Positions 42,245-55,920 of a DNA stretch of 64,000 bases are shown piece by piece. Source of the DNA: Octopus sinensis (Eukaryota); NCBI RefSeq assembly GCF_006345805.1, contig NC_043003.1:72168001-72232000 (forward strand). Direction: 5' to 3'. Within the stretch, counting starts at the first letter, position 1. Each line of letters opens with the position of its first letter. Under the pieces are notes generated by a model, which made no database searches, was not told the origin of the DNA, and saw nothing but the letters and a program-made list of their open reading frames with translations. Both the position numbers and the translations under genes were made by a program.

Positions 42245-42949
42245 GCGCACAAACATTTTTTTGTAACATTGTCGTAAAAGTTCTTGGGTTCTGTGATGTG
42301 CTGAATTTTATTGAAACATGTATGAACTTTCACTGCATATTTCCTCTTAGGGCTTAATAACTGTTTCCAGGCCCTAAACTTAACCGGCAGCATTAATTCG
42401 AAGACCCTGTAGAATGATGTGAGTTAGCATGACGCGAACATCATTACACAACACTTCTAAAACCACAATAACTGCTGGAAATTAGCACACCTTACTCTGG
42501 GACATTAGAAAGATCTGCACAGAACTATCTGTCATTTCTCGATTAGACATATGGTTATTCGAAGTTTAACTCATTAGAGAAGAATCAAAGCTTGTCATGT
42601 TTGCGAGGGGCTTTCTTTCGACTTTTTAGTGTTTTCGTAGTCATAAACTAGCCTCTCCTATGTGCCACTGGTATCAATTGTCCTTATGCACCCCAGCTGT
42701 AATAGTCTAAGTTCAGTCACACAGTTGAAGTTCTTTGGCGATGCCTTCATTAATTTGCAGGATCAACATTGATAATAATTTGAGCCCTTTGGATGAATTA
42801 CAGTATTACAGTATCCTTGTTGTCTCCTAACTAAATGGATTCGCTGCACTAAGTTCGCATATGTACATATATATTCTTGAGCGTTTTACTAATAAATCTG
42901 TTTGTTTTGTACACCACCTGTCTTCGTCTTTTGTTTTTTCGTAAACTCT

Positions 42950-42994
<45 letters not shown>

Positions 42995-43090
42995 TAATCC
43001 AAACAAGAAAGCACAAAAAAACACAACAACGCGAGGACGTGGAACAAATATAGTATTATTGGACGCTCAGGAAAGAAGGAAAGAAGGAGG

Positions 43091-43125
43091 GTTTAACGTT
43101 TCGAGCGGAGCTCTTCGTCGGAAAC
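43091..43125 (-). ncRNA. Minimal type I hammerhead-like motif within a PLE-type terminal repeat (about 42890-43198)
   Basis: Minus strand gttt-CCGACGA-a-gagc-tcc-gctc-GAA-ACGT-t-aaac; U4 is replaced by C, palindromic 2-bp stem III. Confidence 0.55.
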
Positions 43126-44593
43126 ATAGAAGGAAAGATCCCGAGAAGGGAAGACAGAGGAAAAAAATCGCCAACGGTACACACGCGGTCACATTTTGAA
43201 TGTATGTATGTATGTATGTATGTATGTATGTATGTATGTATGTATGTATGTATACATGTATGTATGTATGTATGTATGTATGTATGTATGTATGTATGTA
43301 TGTATGTATGTATGTTTGTATGTATGTATGTATGTATGTATGTATGTATGTATGTATGTATGTATGTATCTATGTATATATATACTATGAGTATAGCCTT
43401 TGTTTTATGCAACTTCAAATTAGATGTAGAAAGATTTTTTCTCCGTGTCTCAGTAGCAGAAGCGATAGAAATATTTATTTTAGCTAACGTAAAATAGACA
43501 CTTTCGATACTAGTAAAATTATTAAAAAATACTTTTGCACAATGGGAGTGCTTTTTTGCTGCCTATAAGTTTGATTTATATAAAAAGTAGTAGTAGATAC
43601 GTGTTTTCCCCAAAGATCAGCGTTTGAAGCTTTCTACTTTCTCCGCCACAAAACAATAGTACCAAAGACATGATAGTACCAAAACGTAAAGAAATAATAT
43701 ATTTCGGATATTTAGGCGATTTACTTGTTGTAATGTATAAACTTAAGGTAGTTGAGAGACTAAAGGAAGATTTAGAAAACAACTCTGTACTAAAATTTGA
43801 CATCCAAAATAGTACAACTGAGACATACAGATCGAAATAACAGATATATTAGGTCATTATACACCAAATACTCAAGCAAATGCATATACCTACACAGAGA
43901 CAGTGAATGCCCATAAGATATCAGAGGGTAAATCACTCCTTAGAAGAGCATTTTTATTCTCGTCCACACACAGTGCACTCGAGAAAAGAGAAAGAAAATA
44001 CATACCAAGCACTTGCAACATGGAACATAAGATTACTCCGCATACCACAAAAGAAAATTAGCTGGGAAAATACCAGAGAAAACTACTTAAATACTTTATA
44101 AAATTCCAGTCCCAACTTGTAAATTAGGTATGAAACCATCCTCATAATGCACAACGATGCTAAAATTAAACATCAAATACACACATTAAAAAATTAACAT
44201 ATGGCTATTTGAAATAGAAATATAAACCTAACAGTTAAAACTTGACCGCTACAAATAAATCAACACATGGCGGCAGCTGCATGGTGGGAACGATAAAAAC
44301 CAACCTTTGGTAGAAAAGTCTACACAAATTCATTCAGTATATAAAAGAACAATGTAGACAACAAATATATTCTTTCTCGAAAATGAGATTATGAACATCT
44401 GGAAGCGTCGGATATGAATTTAGGAACTTTATTGTTTCAAACCAATATAAATAGAAGATATGAAAAACCTAAAATAGAAATATAAAACTTGAACATAGTC
44501 GCAATATTTATTAAAACTCACACATAAGTATGCGCGCGCACACACATACACACACATACACACACACACATACTTTCACACACACGTATATAT

Positions 44594-44760
44594 AGGCGCA
44601 GCGTGGCTGTGTGTTAAGAAGCATGCTTCCCAACCACGTGTTTCCGGGTTCAGCCCTCTTGGGCAACTGTCTTCTACTATAGCCCGTGTCGAACAAAACC
44701 TTGTGAGTGAATTTGGTTGATAGAAACTGAAAGAAGCCAGTCGTATATATACATATATAC
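44594..44760 (+). mobile_element. SINE family A 5' half
   Basis: aggcgcagcgtggctgtgtgttaagaagc...gaaactgaaagaagcc. Confidence 0.85.
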
Positions 44761-44774
44761 AGTTATGTGTATAC

Positions 44775-45330
44775 AGTGTTCTTCAAATAACATGTCATGT
44801 CTCACTTCGTTGAAGGCCTTTGTGTAATCTATGAAACACATGAAGACTTTTTGCATCTCCATCTCCCGCTCCGTTATCATTTTCAATGCGAAAATAGGAT
44901 TCCAATTTCAGGTGTTATTCTACCTCTTTCCGCAGAAGTAAAATTCTCAGATAATTCTTTGTAGCGTGACTCAAGAGAGTAATCGGGCGATGTTTTCCGC
45001 AGTCTACCACTCCCGATTTCTTCGGAAGTGTAATAAAGATGGATTTACTCAGCTCTTCTGGAAACTTCCCATCATCACAGATCTTGTTAAAAACATCTGT
45101 CAGTTTTCTAACTCTATATGCCTCTAATACTTTTATCATTTTAATGACAATTCCGTCTGACCTAGCAGCTTTATTTTTATTCATCATTTTGATGACTCCA
45201 TGTACTTCAGATAGAAAGATCTTTGGAGCCTCATGAGAGTCAGGAAACTTGGGCAAAGTTGTTCTCACATCATGAAATCAATCTACTATACACTCTGTCC
45301 ATCTATTCAAAATGTCAATCTGCACCAATA
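44775..45330 (-). mobile_element. RTE/BovB-like LINE RT fragment
   Basis: NKAARSDGI..SIFITLPKK..CGKHRPITLLSH and MCFIDYTKAFNEVRH. Confidence 0.9.
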
Positions 45331-45381
45331 AGAACTAATATGTATTAAAAACGAACGCGCACAACTTTATCATACATATTT

Positions 45382-45468
<87 letters not shown>

Positions 45469-45896
45469 TCATGACGGTTTTTTTAAATACGAAAATTACC
45501 AATATTACCAAAACGCACACATGTGAGTCTATCAAGAATCGACCAACTCGTCTGAATATAACTCCTTTCTGGAAATACTCAATTAACCAGTTTCAATATG
45601 AAATTTTTAATTTAATTTAATTTGATTTAATTTCTCTGATTGAATTAATTGAACATGGAAACGGTTGTAGGGATAAGAATTTCCTATTATATTGTTTTGA
45701 ATATCTTTGAATAAACTGATGTCTATATGTCAACTTCCCCATTTTCTTTTTCTCATTCATAAAAATTTTAAATACCAATATACATCAATGTAAAACTAAC
45801 GTATTTAGTTTTGCACTGAACACTGGTATAGACCGGAGAACTTGGATGCAAACAGGACCTTGGCATGATTAAATATATGTATATATATATATATAC

Positions 45897-46090
45897 CTGT
45901 CCAGGTAATGTCGATTTGATGGGGCAGTGACCTTATGTGAATACAAATATTTGATCACTATAAACAAACCAACTGTGTGGTTGTTCAGCTGTGATTTCTC
46001 GCTGAACAACCACACAATTTGTTTACACTGATCAAATGTTTGTGTTCACATAAGTTCACTCCCTCCATCAAATTAACATTACCTGTACAG
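45897..46090. repeat. ~90-bp imperfect inverted repeat with 11-nt loop (fold-back)
   Basis: 45897-45989 pairs with 46001-46090; right arm continues into a minus-strand tRNA-headed SINE ending near 46220. Confidence 0.9.
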
Positions 46091-46598
46091 ATGCACTTCG
46101 TACCATATGTAAATTAATGATATGGTCGCAGAGCAACGTGAAATGAAGTGTCTTGTTCAAGAGCACAAGGTAACGCCCGATCTTGAAAACGTTAGTGCAA
46201 CACCCTAACTACTAAGCCAAGTTTACTTTTCCGTTAAGGTAAGATCAACAAAATAGTACTCTACCTGGTGAGAGGTAAGTTTCTTTTTTTAATGTACACA
46301 GTATGTACTTATGAGCTGCTGATAGTTTCATACATTGAAAATATTATCTAGCTGGGCTTTAAAACACTTCTAGTGTTTCGAAGTAATCTTCAAGCTCTGG
46401 GGCACATGGCCTGTACAAGGTACGAATCAGTACAATAGAACAAGAGAAATCACGAGAAAAATTGAGACGCAGGCAGGTTTAAAAATTGGGATAGTGAAAA
46501 AAAAAAAAAAAGAAAAAGGAAAACATAAAAAAAGGTTTAGAATTATTTCCCTTTTTGTGCAAAACAAGTAGGCATATATCATCGTACAATCGGCTCAC

Positions 46599-46820
46599 CT
46601 CCGCGCTTGTACCAAAATTTTAGTGAAATTATCATTAGAAAAAAAATCACTATAATATATTCCAGCTATACAACACAAACGGCCTTGGTATGGCAGAATA
46701 GAGTGACAGAATGTGCAGAAACTAGAGAGAAGCAAGGAGAGTGGGGGAGATTCCTCGCCCTCTGAACATATTCAGTTTGTTACATACAAACACGCACTCG
46801 CAATTACACACTTATATCTA
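46599..46820 (-). other. Candidate spliced exon (coding status unknown)
   Basis: Two polypyrimidine acceptors (AG at 46822-46821 and 46723-46722) and donor GGAG|GTGAGC at 46598 in non-repetitive sequence. Confidence 0.4.
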
Positions 46821-47397
46821 CTGAAGAGAGAAGAAAGGAGGAAAAAAATAACTATGAGGCGATGCTGACCCAATGCTAACAACAACAGTATTTACAACAA
46901 TAACTATTAGAAAGATTAAAGCAATAACAGCAATACAGTACGATCACTCCGTGGAACATATCAGAAATTGAACCGAGTTAATAGGTCGATGTCACTGACA
47001 GGTTTATGCTATAGGAGTGGCGTGTGGAACTTTCTACTGAGCTGAAACCTTTAGTTACGTGTCATGCCTTCAAGCGCACTTCTATATTATTTTATACTAT
47101 ACATCCATCCATCCTTCCATCCATCCATCCATCCATCCATCCATCCATACATACATACATACATATACATAGACGCACGCACGCACGTACGCAAACATAC
47201 TTATAAATATTATAAGTGTATGTATGCATATAATTTAATGTATCTACATGCAGATGCACGATTGTAAACAGATTAGCATACACATGTCTCCGTATGTATG
47301 TGTATATATCTATGTGTGAATTTGTATCTATGCACACACATGTATACACACATACGTATATATATTAGTATCTTTCGTGCGTATGTACATATGTGTG

Positions 47398-47466
<69 letters not shown>

Positions 47467-47490
47467 GTATATATATATATATATACATAC

Positions 47491-47568
<78 letters not shown>

Positions 47569-48159
47569 ATATACATTATATATATATGTATATATATATT
47601 GGCACATACATACATGTGCGAGTGTGCGCACGCATGCATATGAATGAATGTCGAAATATTTAAACCTATAACCATTATACATTCTTAAGCAATGTCAAAT
47701 TCATGCTAAAAGAAAACCAATAGAAAAAGAAAACGACAAAAGCGAGTGTCACTATTTATAAACCACAGGTGACTGGAAGTGTTTGGGTTGGGGGAAGTCT
47801 TTACTCACACACCTCACCCACCAAAATGTCATCTTTTTTTTATTGTGTTTGTTATAGTAATTGACTTTGGCAGGTGTAGGTATCAGGTGTCAAAAGACTA
47901 TGATAGGGGACGGGGTGTGTTCCGTGTTGCTATTTTGTCAGATGATAACTGTAGATATTCATTCTATGATGCTATTTTGTTAGATGGCTTAGCCGAACTT
48001 TTAGCCGAAGGCATGAACGTCACACAATCTCACGGCCAAAACACCTCACTATTCTTTTCTGGCCATATTTTGTTGCTTGCTAACAAAATAACTAGATAGT
48101 ATCATTGTTTGGTAGGTAACAGTTTTGCTATGAATTGATTTTGCATTTTTTCCAGTTTT

Positions 48160-48470
48160 TATGTCGTTTAATAGTTCCTAATTTAGTAATACACTATATC
48201 CATATAATCTAAAAATATTAAATGATGTAGTATCTCCACGGAGTGCTGATAAAACGATGCAGTATTTTTGTGTTATGGCGTTTAACAGTTTCTGATTAAA
48301 TATAGGTATTTATCTTCATTGTGGTATTGAATAGCTCCAGATTAAATAAGGTATTTCTGTATAATGGCATTTAACAGTTCCGGATTGAATAAGGCAATAT
48401 TTTTGCAGTGTGGTATTTAATAATACCAGATTAAAAGAAGTAGTATATTTTTCTGATGGTATTCAATATA
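48160..48470. repeat. Degenerate ~45-bp minisatellite
   Basis: About 5-6 copies of tggYRttYaaYagYtcc.gattaaataagg. Confidence 0.7.
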
Positions 48471-49927
48471 GCTATGTTATGTAAGCTATCATTTTTGTTA
48501 CTATTTCCCTAATTCGGTGGAAGGACTAATTTTTGTTTGCCTCAGTATGATAAATCAACATAGAAGTTGTTTTTTTTTGTCTCTTTTCCAGTATTAAAGG
48601 AGTAATATCCTCATCCAGTTATTATCAAGCTGTTGGTTGTTATTGTTGCTGTGTCACTCCAATTTAGCCTGGCACTGAGTAGACCTACGTTCAAAAATAT
48701 TTCAGATTGGAACACCTCCTTTATTACTTTTGATTATGTATCTAGGATACATTTTCTAACATGCGATTATGGTGCGATTAGTGGCAGATTTAGCTGCTAT
48801 TTCTTACAAGTCAAACAACTGCATGGACACTCTTTGGTTCGTGTGTGATTTTGTATTATGAGTTCAGTTTAACTGATATTTTTTGTTAATTCATAGAGCA
48901 GGTGCTCGAGTAGCTACGAAGTTCAGGTTGTTGTCACGAAATCCTACGCTGGATTCCAGTTCGTTGTATGTCGGGCAAGTGTCTTCTGCTTTAATCTTGA
49001 ATCAGCCCAACCTATATAAATAGAACCGAGTTGAACGGATAATATCTACAAATCAAACGGACAGACATCTTACACTGAATCTAGCTGAGGATTACGTTAA
49101 AGGTACACAAGTCTATGAAATATTCTACCACTTACACCACAAGACAGATTGTAATTAAAGAAACCCGGCCGCCTTATAAAGCATGTCGTATACTCACACA
49201 TTGTTTTCCGTTTCCGAGAAGAGCATCATTCACGAACCTTAACAGGGTTTCGAGACTAAGTGAAATGAACTAGGATCTCCTCAGAGTCGAAAACTAGACT
49301 ACATCTCTGCAACATAGTGGACTCCTTGCCGGTGAGTTCAAGGATATTAGACTAAACGATAAATTAAATTTATCACAACAAAGAAACATGGCCACTTACT
49401 CAACGAACGTTCACCAAATTTCACTCAAAAGGCTTGGCTCGAACCCCTTATCAAAACGGCCATGTTAATGCGCCGTAACCACCCAACCATGTATCCATAC
49501 CATAATCACACAGTCATAAATTCCACACTTTAAACACAGAGCCATGTTCCCACTTCTAAATCACATTTGATGCAGAAGAATTCTCTCACTCATAAACTGC
49601 ATAGCTGAGCGGCCATTCTTAACCATGCAGCCATCTCACCACCTTCGCTTCTACTCGTCAATCAAACAGCCAACATCCCGCGCTCCAAAAAAAGAATTCT
49701 TTCAGGTTCTCTTCAAGTTTATAAATTTTTATGACACCAACAACTTATTAATTTCATTGGTAAGAATTAAATTTCTAAAATGGAAAGAGAACTTCAAATG
49801 GTAGTATTGGTACAATGGAAGAACGGCTGCCAAGTTTACAGGAGATTTGAGTTCAGGTCCTATGAGTAGCCGACGGATTTTTTACCCAATAATATGCTTA
49901 TATCTGCGGCAAGACGTATGCATACAC

Positions 49928-50018
<91 letters not shown>

Positions 50019-50023
50019 TATAT

Positions 50024-50077
<54 letters not shown>

Positions 50078-50195
50078 ACATAGACCAGTTGAGTAAACCT
50101 ATCAGTAATGTACCTATAATGACTATTTGAAATAGTTGTAAGCCAAATTTGCTCCAGTAAAGGAATAATGTCATGACATACATACACACACAGAC

Positions 50196-50260
<65 letters not shown>

Positions 50261-52023
50261 AATTTACAAAATATTCGTTACGATCATTTCGACCTATCGT
50301 GCAACGGCACCTCGCGAGTAAGATGCTGCAGAAACAGTTGTGGTTCATCATTCGTACAAATATGTCTTGTAAGGCATCCTGTCAAAAGGGTCTTCATTTT
50401 TAATCTCCGTTTCGTTTATTTCTATTACAGTACTTTCGGGTAGTTGTAGTGTGCTACCCGTAGTGCCCGATCTTTTGCTAATATTTCTGAAAGAGGAATA
50501 TGTGTAAGTAATTAGCGAAGTGTAATTTGAATTCGATTAAGACTATTTGCCTGAGAAGGTTGTTATAACTTCTTCAAAGTTCATTATGCATGTCTACCCA
50601 TAATTATTGATACATAAGGGTCTGGAAGTTGCAGTTACTAATTTAAATTCATGGTCGTAGGATTACTTTGGAGTTTAATGGATGTGCGCACCTTAAGATT
50701 ATTCTTTTTCTGATACAAGTTTAGGGTTGTTGTTAGTGAAGATGCTGATATTAATAGTGATGTAGATGTGAAGGATATTGTTAAAATATACTGTTAAGTA
50801 TATTTTAACAATATCCTTCCGAGAGTTTGCAGAGTCTAGATCATAAGCCACGAGAGAGGTTTTTGAATATAAAGGGTGGAAAAGGTATGTATGCATTGTA
50901 TGATCTCTTCATTTCCCTTTTCTTTTGTATTTTGGGATAAGCTCACGGCAACATTTAAGTAATCTACCTTTTCACTTAACGTTTCTTGTAATTTCTGATG
51001 TAATGTTCAAACTTAATTGTCTCAGCTGGGAGATAATACCTTCACTAAATTTAGCAGAAGCCCAGGGATTCTTACTTTTGAGATGTAGGAGGGCATTATC
51101 CATGTAGAGATACCTATACCGACGAAATCGGATGGTTAGTGTAAATTGTTGCTGGAGAAATAGACCAGCAACATCGACTCTTGACTCATGGAATCAAAAG
51201 CGTCCTTGATCCACGATGATGTCAAAGAATCCGTTTGGTTGTACACACACGCGCACACATACATACACACACACAACATACACACACATACATCCACAGA
51301 CTTACACATATACACACCTACCTACCTACATACATACATACATACACACATATATACATACACACATATATACATACATACATACATACATACATACATG
51401 CATGTGCACTTATATAAATGAAGTTTATGCATATGCCCACTTTCTTTATTGAAATACCATCCATTGCATGTCTGTGCTATTGTTTAAAAGGCCAGTTATA
51501 GTTCAAAGTTAGTGAAGGAGTATGTGAATACAGATGGACACTATGAATCATCGCCAGTCTTTTGATATTAAAACACACACCCAGTGAAAAAATTGAAAAC
51601 CTGAACTTAGTACTATCTGAATGAAATACCACTAAGTATTCTACAAAAACTCTCTTCTATTCATAAATTCATATGTGCATATTTTATTGATATATCAATT
51701 CCTTCATACCATCGATTGAGCCAGCCTTATTTCAATCCCAGCTCGTATTTTACTCACCATAAGAAAGGTGAAAGATAAATTAGTAGGAACGGTGTTTGAA
51801 CTCACAATCACTAAATCTTGAAAGACATTTAAGATGCTTCTTTAGAGCTGCTTCTGACTCGCAATTGCCCTTCAATTTTCTACTATTACTTTCTTCTTTT
51901 CTTCGTAGGCAGATCCACCTTCATATACGCGCCCAAAGACACCCACAAATATCTTACATATATATATATATTTGTACATGTATGTATAGATAAATTATAT
52001 AAATGCACAATATTGTATGTATG

Positions 52024-52057
<34 letters not shown>

Positions 52058-52430
52058 TGTATGTATGTATGTATGTATGTATGTATGTATGTATGTATGT
52101 ATATGTGTGTATGCGCTTGAATAAGTAAATATAAGTATGTGCATATATGTGTGTGTGTGTGTGCGCGCGCTAATGTATATAAAAGATATAGAAAAACCTT
52201 CACACCTGTCCTTGCATACTTGCAATAACTTTCAGCATAAACAACATAATTCTTTTCCCTTCCAATCTCTCCTTCTCTACGATATTCTTCTCCAGACCCC
52301 CAGACCCCCATCTACATATCATTCTCTCTCACCCTCACGTTTATATACACACCAATAAATATGCCAAGAAATATAAATGTATGCATGTGAGTGTGTTTGT
52401 GCTTGTGTGTGAGTATGTGTGTATATATAT

Positions 52431-52527
<97 letters not shown>

Positions 52528-52717
52528 GGAGAAAGAGAGAGAGAAAGGGCACAGAGAGAGAGAAAGAGCGGGGAGAAGGAGTGAGTGATAAATAGACAGA
52601 TAAATAGGTAGTTATACGCGCGTGTGCACATTTATAAATGCATATATATGTATATATGTGTATGCATGTGTGTGTACATATACACACACGCACACACATA
52701 ATACATACATAATTGCA

Positions 52718-52751
<34 letters not shown>

Positions 52752-52904
52752 CATACATACATACTTACATACACACATACATACATACATACATACATAC
52801 ATACATACACACATACATACATACATACATACATACATACATACATACATGCAGCATGCATGGATGCATACATACATATGAAAGAATTATTAGAATGAAT
52901 TCTA

Positions 52905-53013
52905 CCAATCAGCAGCCTGTAACCAGAACGAGGCTCTATTCCACGAATGAAAAGTTCATTCATAGACCTAAGCCGTTAGTTAGTGTTGCTCTTCTTGTGA
53001 CTCAATATAAAAG
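52905..53013 (+). promoter_or_regulatory. Putative Pol II promoter: CCAAT box, AP-1 site, TATA box
   Basis: CCAATC at 52905, TGACTCA at 52998-53004, TATAAAAG at 53006-53013, about 250 nt upstream of a signal-peptide exon. Confidence 0.55.
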
Positions 53014-53257
53014 AATGTGAACTATTTATGTAATGGTGAATTAGAGAGAGAAAGTAAGTGAGTGGGTGAGCGAGTGAGTGAGTGAGCGAGCGAGCGAGCA
53101 AGAGAGGGAGTGAAAGATAAATAGGTAGAGAGAGAGAGGCACTGGGGTGGGTGAACGGTAAGGTGGGTGAGTCGGTGAAGGGGAATATAAGAGGTGAAGG
53201 AGGTGAAGGTGGAATGTTTGGCATTGGCATGAAATAGCTCCTGTTGGTGGTGGTGTA

Positions 53258-53333
53258 ATGGTGGTGGTGGTGGTGGTGGTGATGAGGAGGGGGTTCCTTT
53301 TTTTGTTTATTCTACTGAACTTGCTGATAACAG
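53258..53333 (+). CDS. First coding exon encoding a signal peptide
   Basis: ATG 53258 or 53282: (MVVVVVVV)MRRGFLFLFILLNLLIT plus G, then consensus donor CAG|GTAAGA (phase 1); next exon not identified downstream in the window. Confidence 0.7.
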
Positions 53334-53606
53334 GTAAGATGATCGGTTTGTTGGTTGGTGTCCAAGGTAAGGAATAAAGGCTGAGTAAGTAGAAGAGGTG
53401 AGGCGAGAGGAAGAGGAGAGGAGAGGGGAGAGGAGGAGGAGGGGAGAGGAGGAAGGGGAGACGCAGGGGAACAGGAAAAAAGATATTTGAGAAAACAAGG
53501 TAATTATACCTACTTACAAACATACATACATCTTACAAACAAATATGCATAAAAAGACATACATAATTGCATATAAACATACCTACTTACAAACATACAA
53601 TGCATG

Positions 53607-53668
<62 letters not shown>

Positions 53669-54539
53669 TGCATTCATGCACATATATATGTATGCATGTA
53701 TACACATATATTTATATATACGTATTGCGAATAACATACATACCATGATTTTACATACATGCACACATAAACCTCTTTACATACATACCTACTTAGAAAG
53801 AAATATTTTCCATACATACGTTTATGCATGCATACATACGTACAAACCATACATAAGCACTACAAATATACTGTCGAGGCGGCTGTTGTGTATGACCATA
53901 CTTTGTGCGTTCCTCCTCTTTCTTTTTAAGATGTAATACCTCCCTGTCATGAGCTCCCACATTGATAAAAATGTACATCAATATGACAAGATTAAACCAG
54001 TTTCCTAAACATGGCCGACACGCCATCAGCAGATACAGCTTAGCCGACGATCGGAGTATCGCTGCAGTGATGGTACTTCATTGCTACAGACATGAATTTT
54101 ACACTGACCACCGCATCGGATAGTCGTTTGTAATTTTGGAAAACATTAAAAAGTAATAGATGCAAAACTCAAAGCATAAAATTTTGTAATGACTTGTTCG
54201 ACATATTTTGCTGCATATACACATAGATGGTGATTGCTTCATCTTCACAAATGATTGCCGTCTCTCTGAAGTTTTTCGTTTTCAATGCCATTTCTGACCT
54301 TCCGTCTATGACCTCCCAGATGACTATTCAATCTCGCTGCACTGCATGATTTGAAGCATAGGTGACAGGCGAAAGCTGTAAGCTATAGACTGACAGGATC
54401 ACGTTTTAAAACATGATCTGTATGAACCGTCATATGTCTCTTTAGACACGAAATCGATTTAAAAGCTTTTTCACACACCACACAGGTCGAATCATACCAT
54501 CAAGAAGGAAATACGTTAGTTACAGTTGATCGTTTTGAG

Positions 54540-55850
54540 GACTTCAGATGGTTGACATACCCAGCCTTGGAAAAGAGTTCAAGATCACACGTTTCACACG
54601 TCCAGCACTTTATTTTCTCATTGAGGTCCTGATGATAGACCCCCTGAACCTAGCGCTTTAGCTTTACGTTCTCAGGGCTGCACTCTTCAAATGTTTCGCA
54701 ATCTTCCCTTATACGCTTCCCTGCCTCAACTCTTTCCAAAGCTAGTTCTTCCCAGTTCTTTACATTGATTTGTAGTTCCTTCAGGTATATTTTTTTTATG
54801 CAGCATTTGTACCTTTTTTGCGGTTTGTGCTGTGGATGCTTTCCAATGCACAGATAACCGTAGAACAGCTGCTTTGGAAACCTATAAAATTCCATATGCA
54901 AAACAGGAATTGTCCAAAACATCTGAATAGATATCATGAGTGACTAGATGCTTGTGCATCCTGCCTGTGCAAGGACTTTTGCGTCAGGTTTTGTTGATTA
55001 CGTGTCTCAAACATTTTTCATGAAAGTGCCAAAGCAGCTTGAGATGTCCACGGTCCATGTTTCATAAAAGTACAATGGAACCGTTAGTACGCAAGCCAGG
55101 TCTTGAGAGCCATGCTGCGATTTGTCCGACTTTCTTTACAAGCTTCCCAAATGCTTTCTGAATGCGTAGATATCTATCTGCACCTAGGAAGTTATCTCAC
55201 CAGTATGCTACCTACGTAAATAAAAGTGTCATCTACGTCTAATCTTGCACCATATACTTCGATATTTGGTTCGACATACGGTTCGCTTGGAGCAGGTGTG
55301 AACATTAACTTGGTATATTTTTCAGACTTATTTTAAGCTGTGCACAAAGTATCTATGTGTATATGAAGTATTTTAAGCTGTGCACAAAGCATAATTATAC
55401 TGTATGACATCCGCAGTGTGAGCCAGGAAGTCAACATCATCTGCAATAATGAGTTCTCTGATCCAAGTTTCATAAGTTACCGACTTGAAATTGAACCTTC
55501 TCAAATTGATGACTCTTCCAGTAGTTCTGAAATGCAAGAAGATGCCCTTATTACTTTCGTGGACCGCCTGCGTAAGCAGAACAGCAAAAAATAGGAAATG
55601 TGTGACAGCGGGAATATCGCCTTGCTTTACTCCATTGTCAACTTCGTCAGACAATTTTTCTTTAGAGATGATTCGAGCCTTCATGTCTTGGCGCAACCGC
55701 TTAAACATACTAACAAGCAATGTTGGGTACCGACCTTTCCACAGATTTTCCACAGTGTAACTCTGATAACTTCATCAAAAGCTCATAGTCTCATAGTCTC
55801 TACCAATTCGTGCATTGGAATCGCCAAGAACGATCTTTTTTCCTGAATTG
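54540..55850 (-). mobile_element. Degenerate RTE-clade LINE (RT to 3' end)
   Basis: NGVKQGD..FRTTGRVINLRR..IRELIIADD and RFPKQLFYG..KPQKRYK..WEELALER. Confidence 0.9.
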
Positions 55851-55920
55851 GTGTGGTTGTAATGCATACCTACCTACCTACCTACCTACCTACCTACCTA
55901 CCTACCTACCTACCTACCTA

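Noticed and set aside
46230-46280. Perfect plus-strand donor GAG|GTAAGT at 46275
   Set aside because: No supporting acceptor or reading frame; abuts a SINE
48160-48470. CRISPR-like repeat/spacer pattern
   Set aside because: Repeats are degenerate, spacers are related to each other, no cas genes, eukaryotic context
50400-51180. Another PLE RT remnant on the minus strand
   Set aside because: Only faint motif hints; too decayed to call by eye
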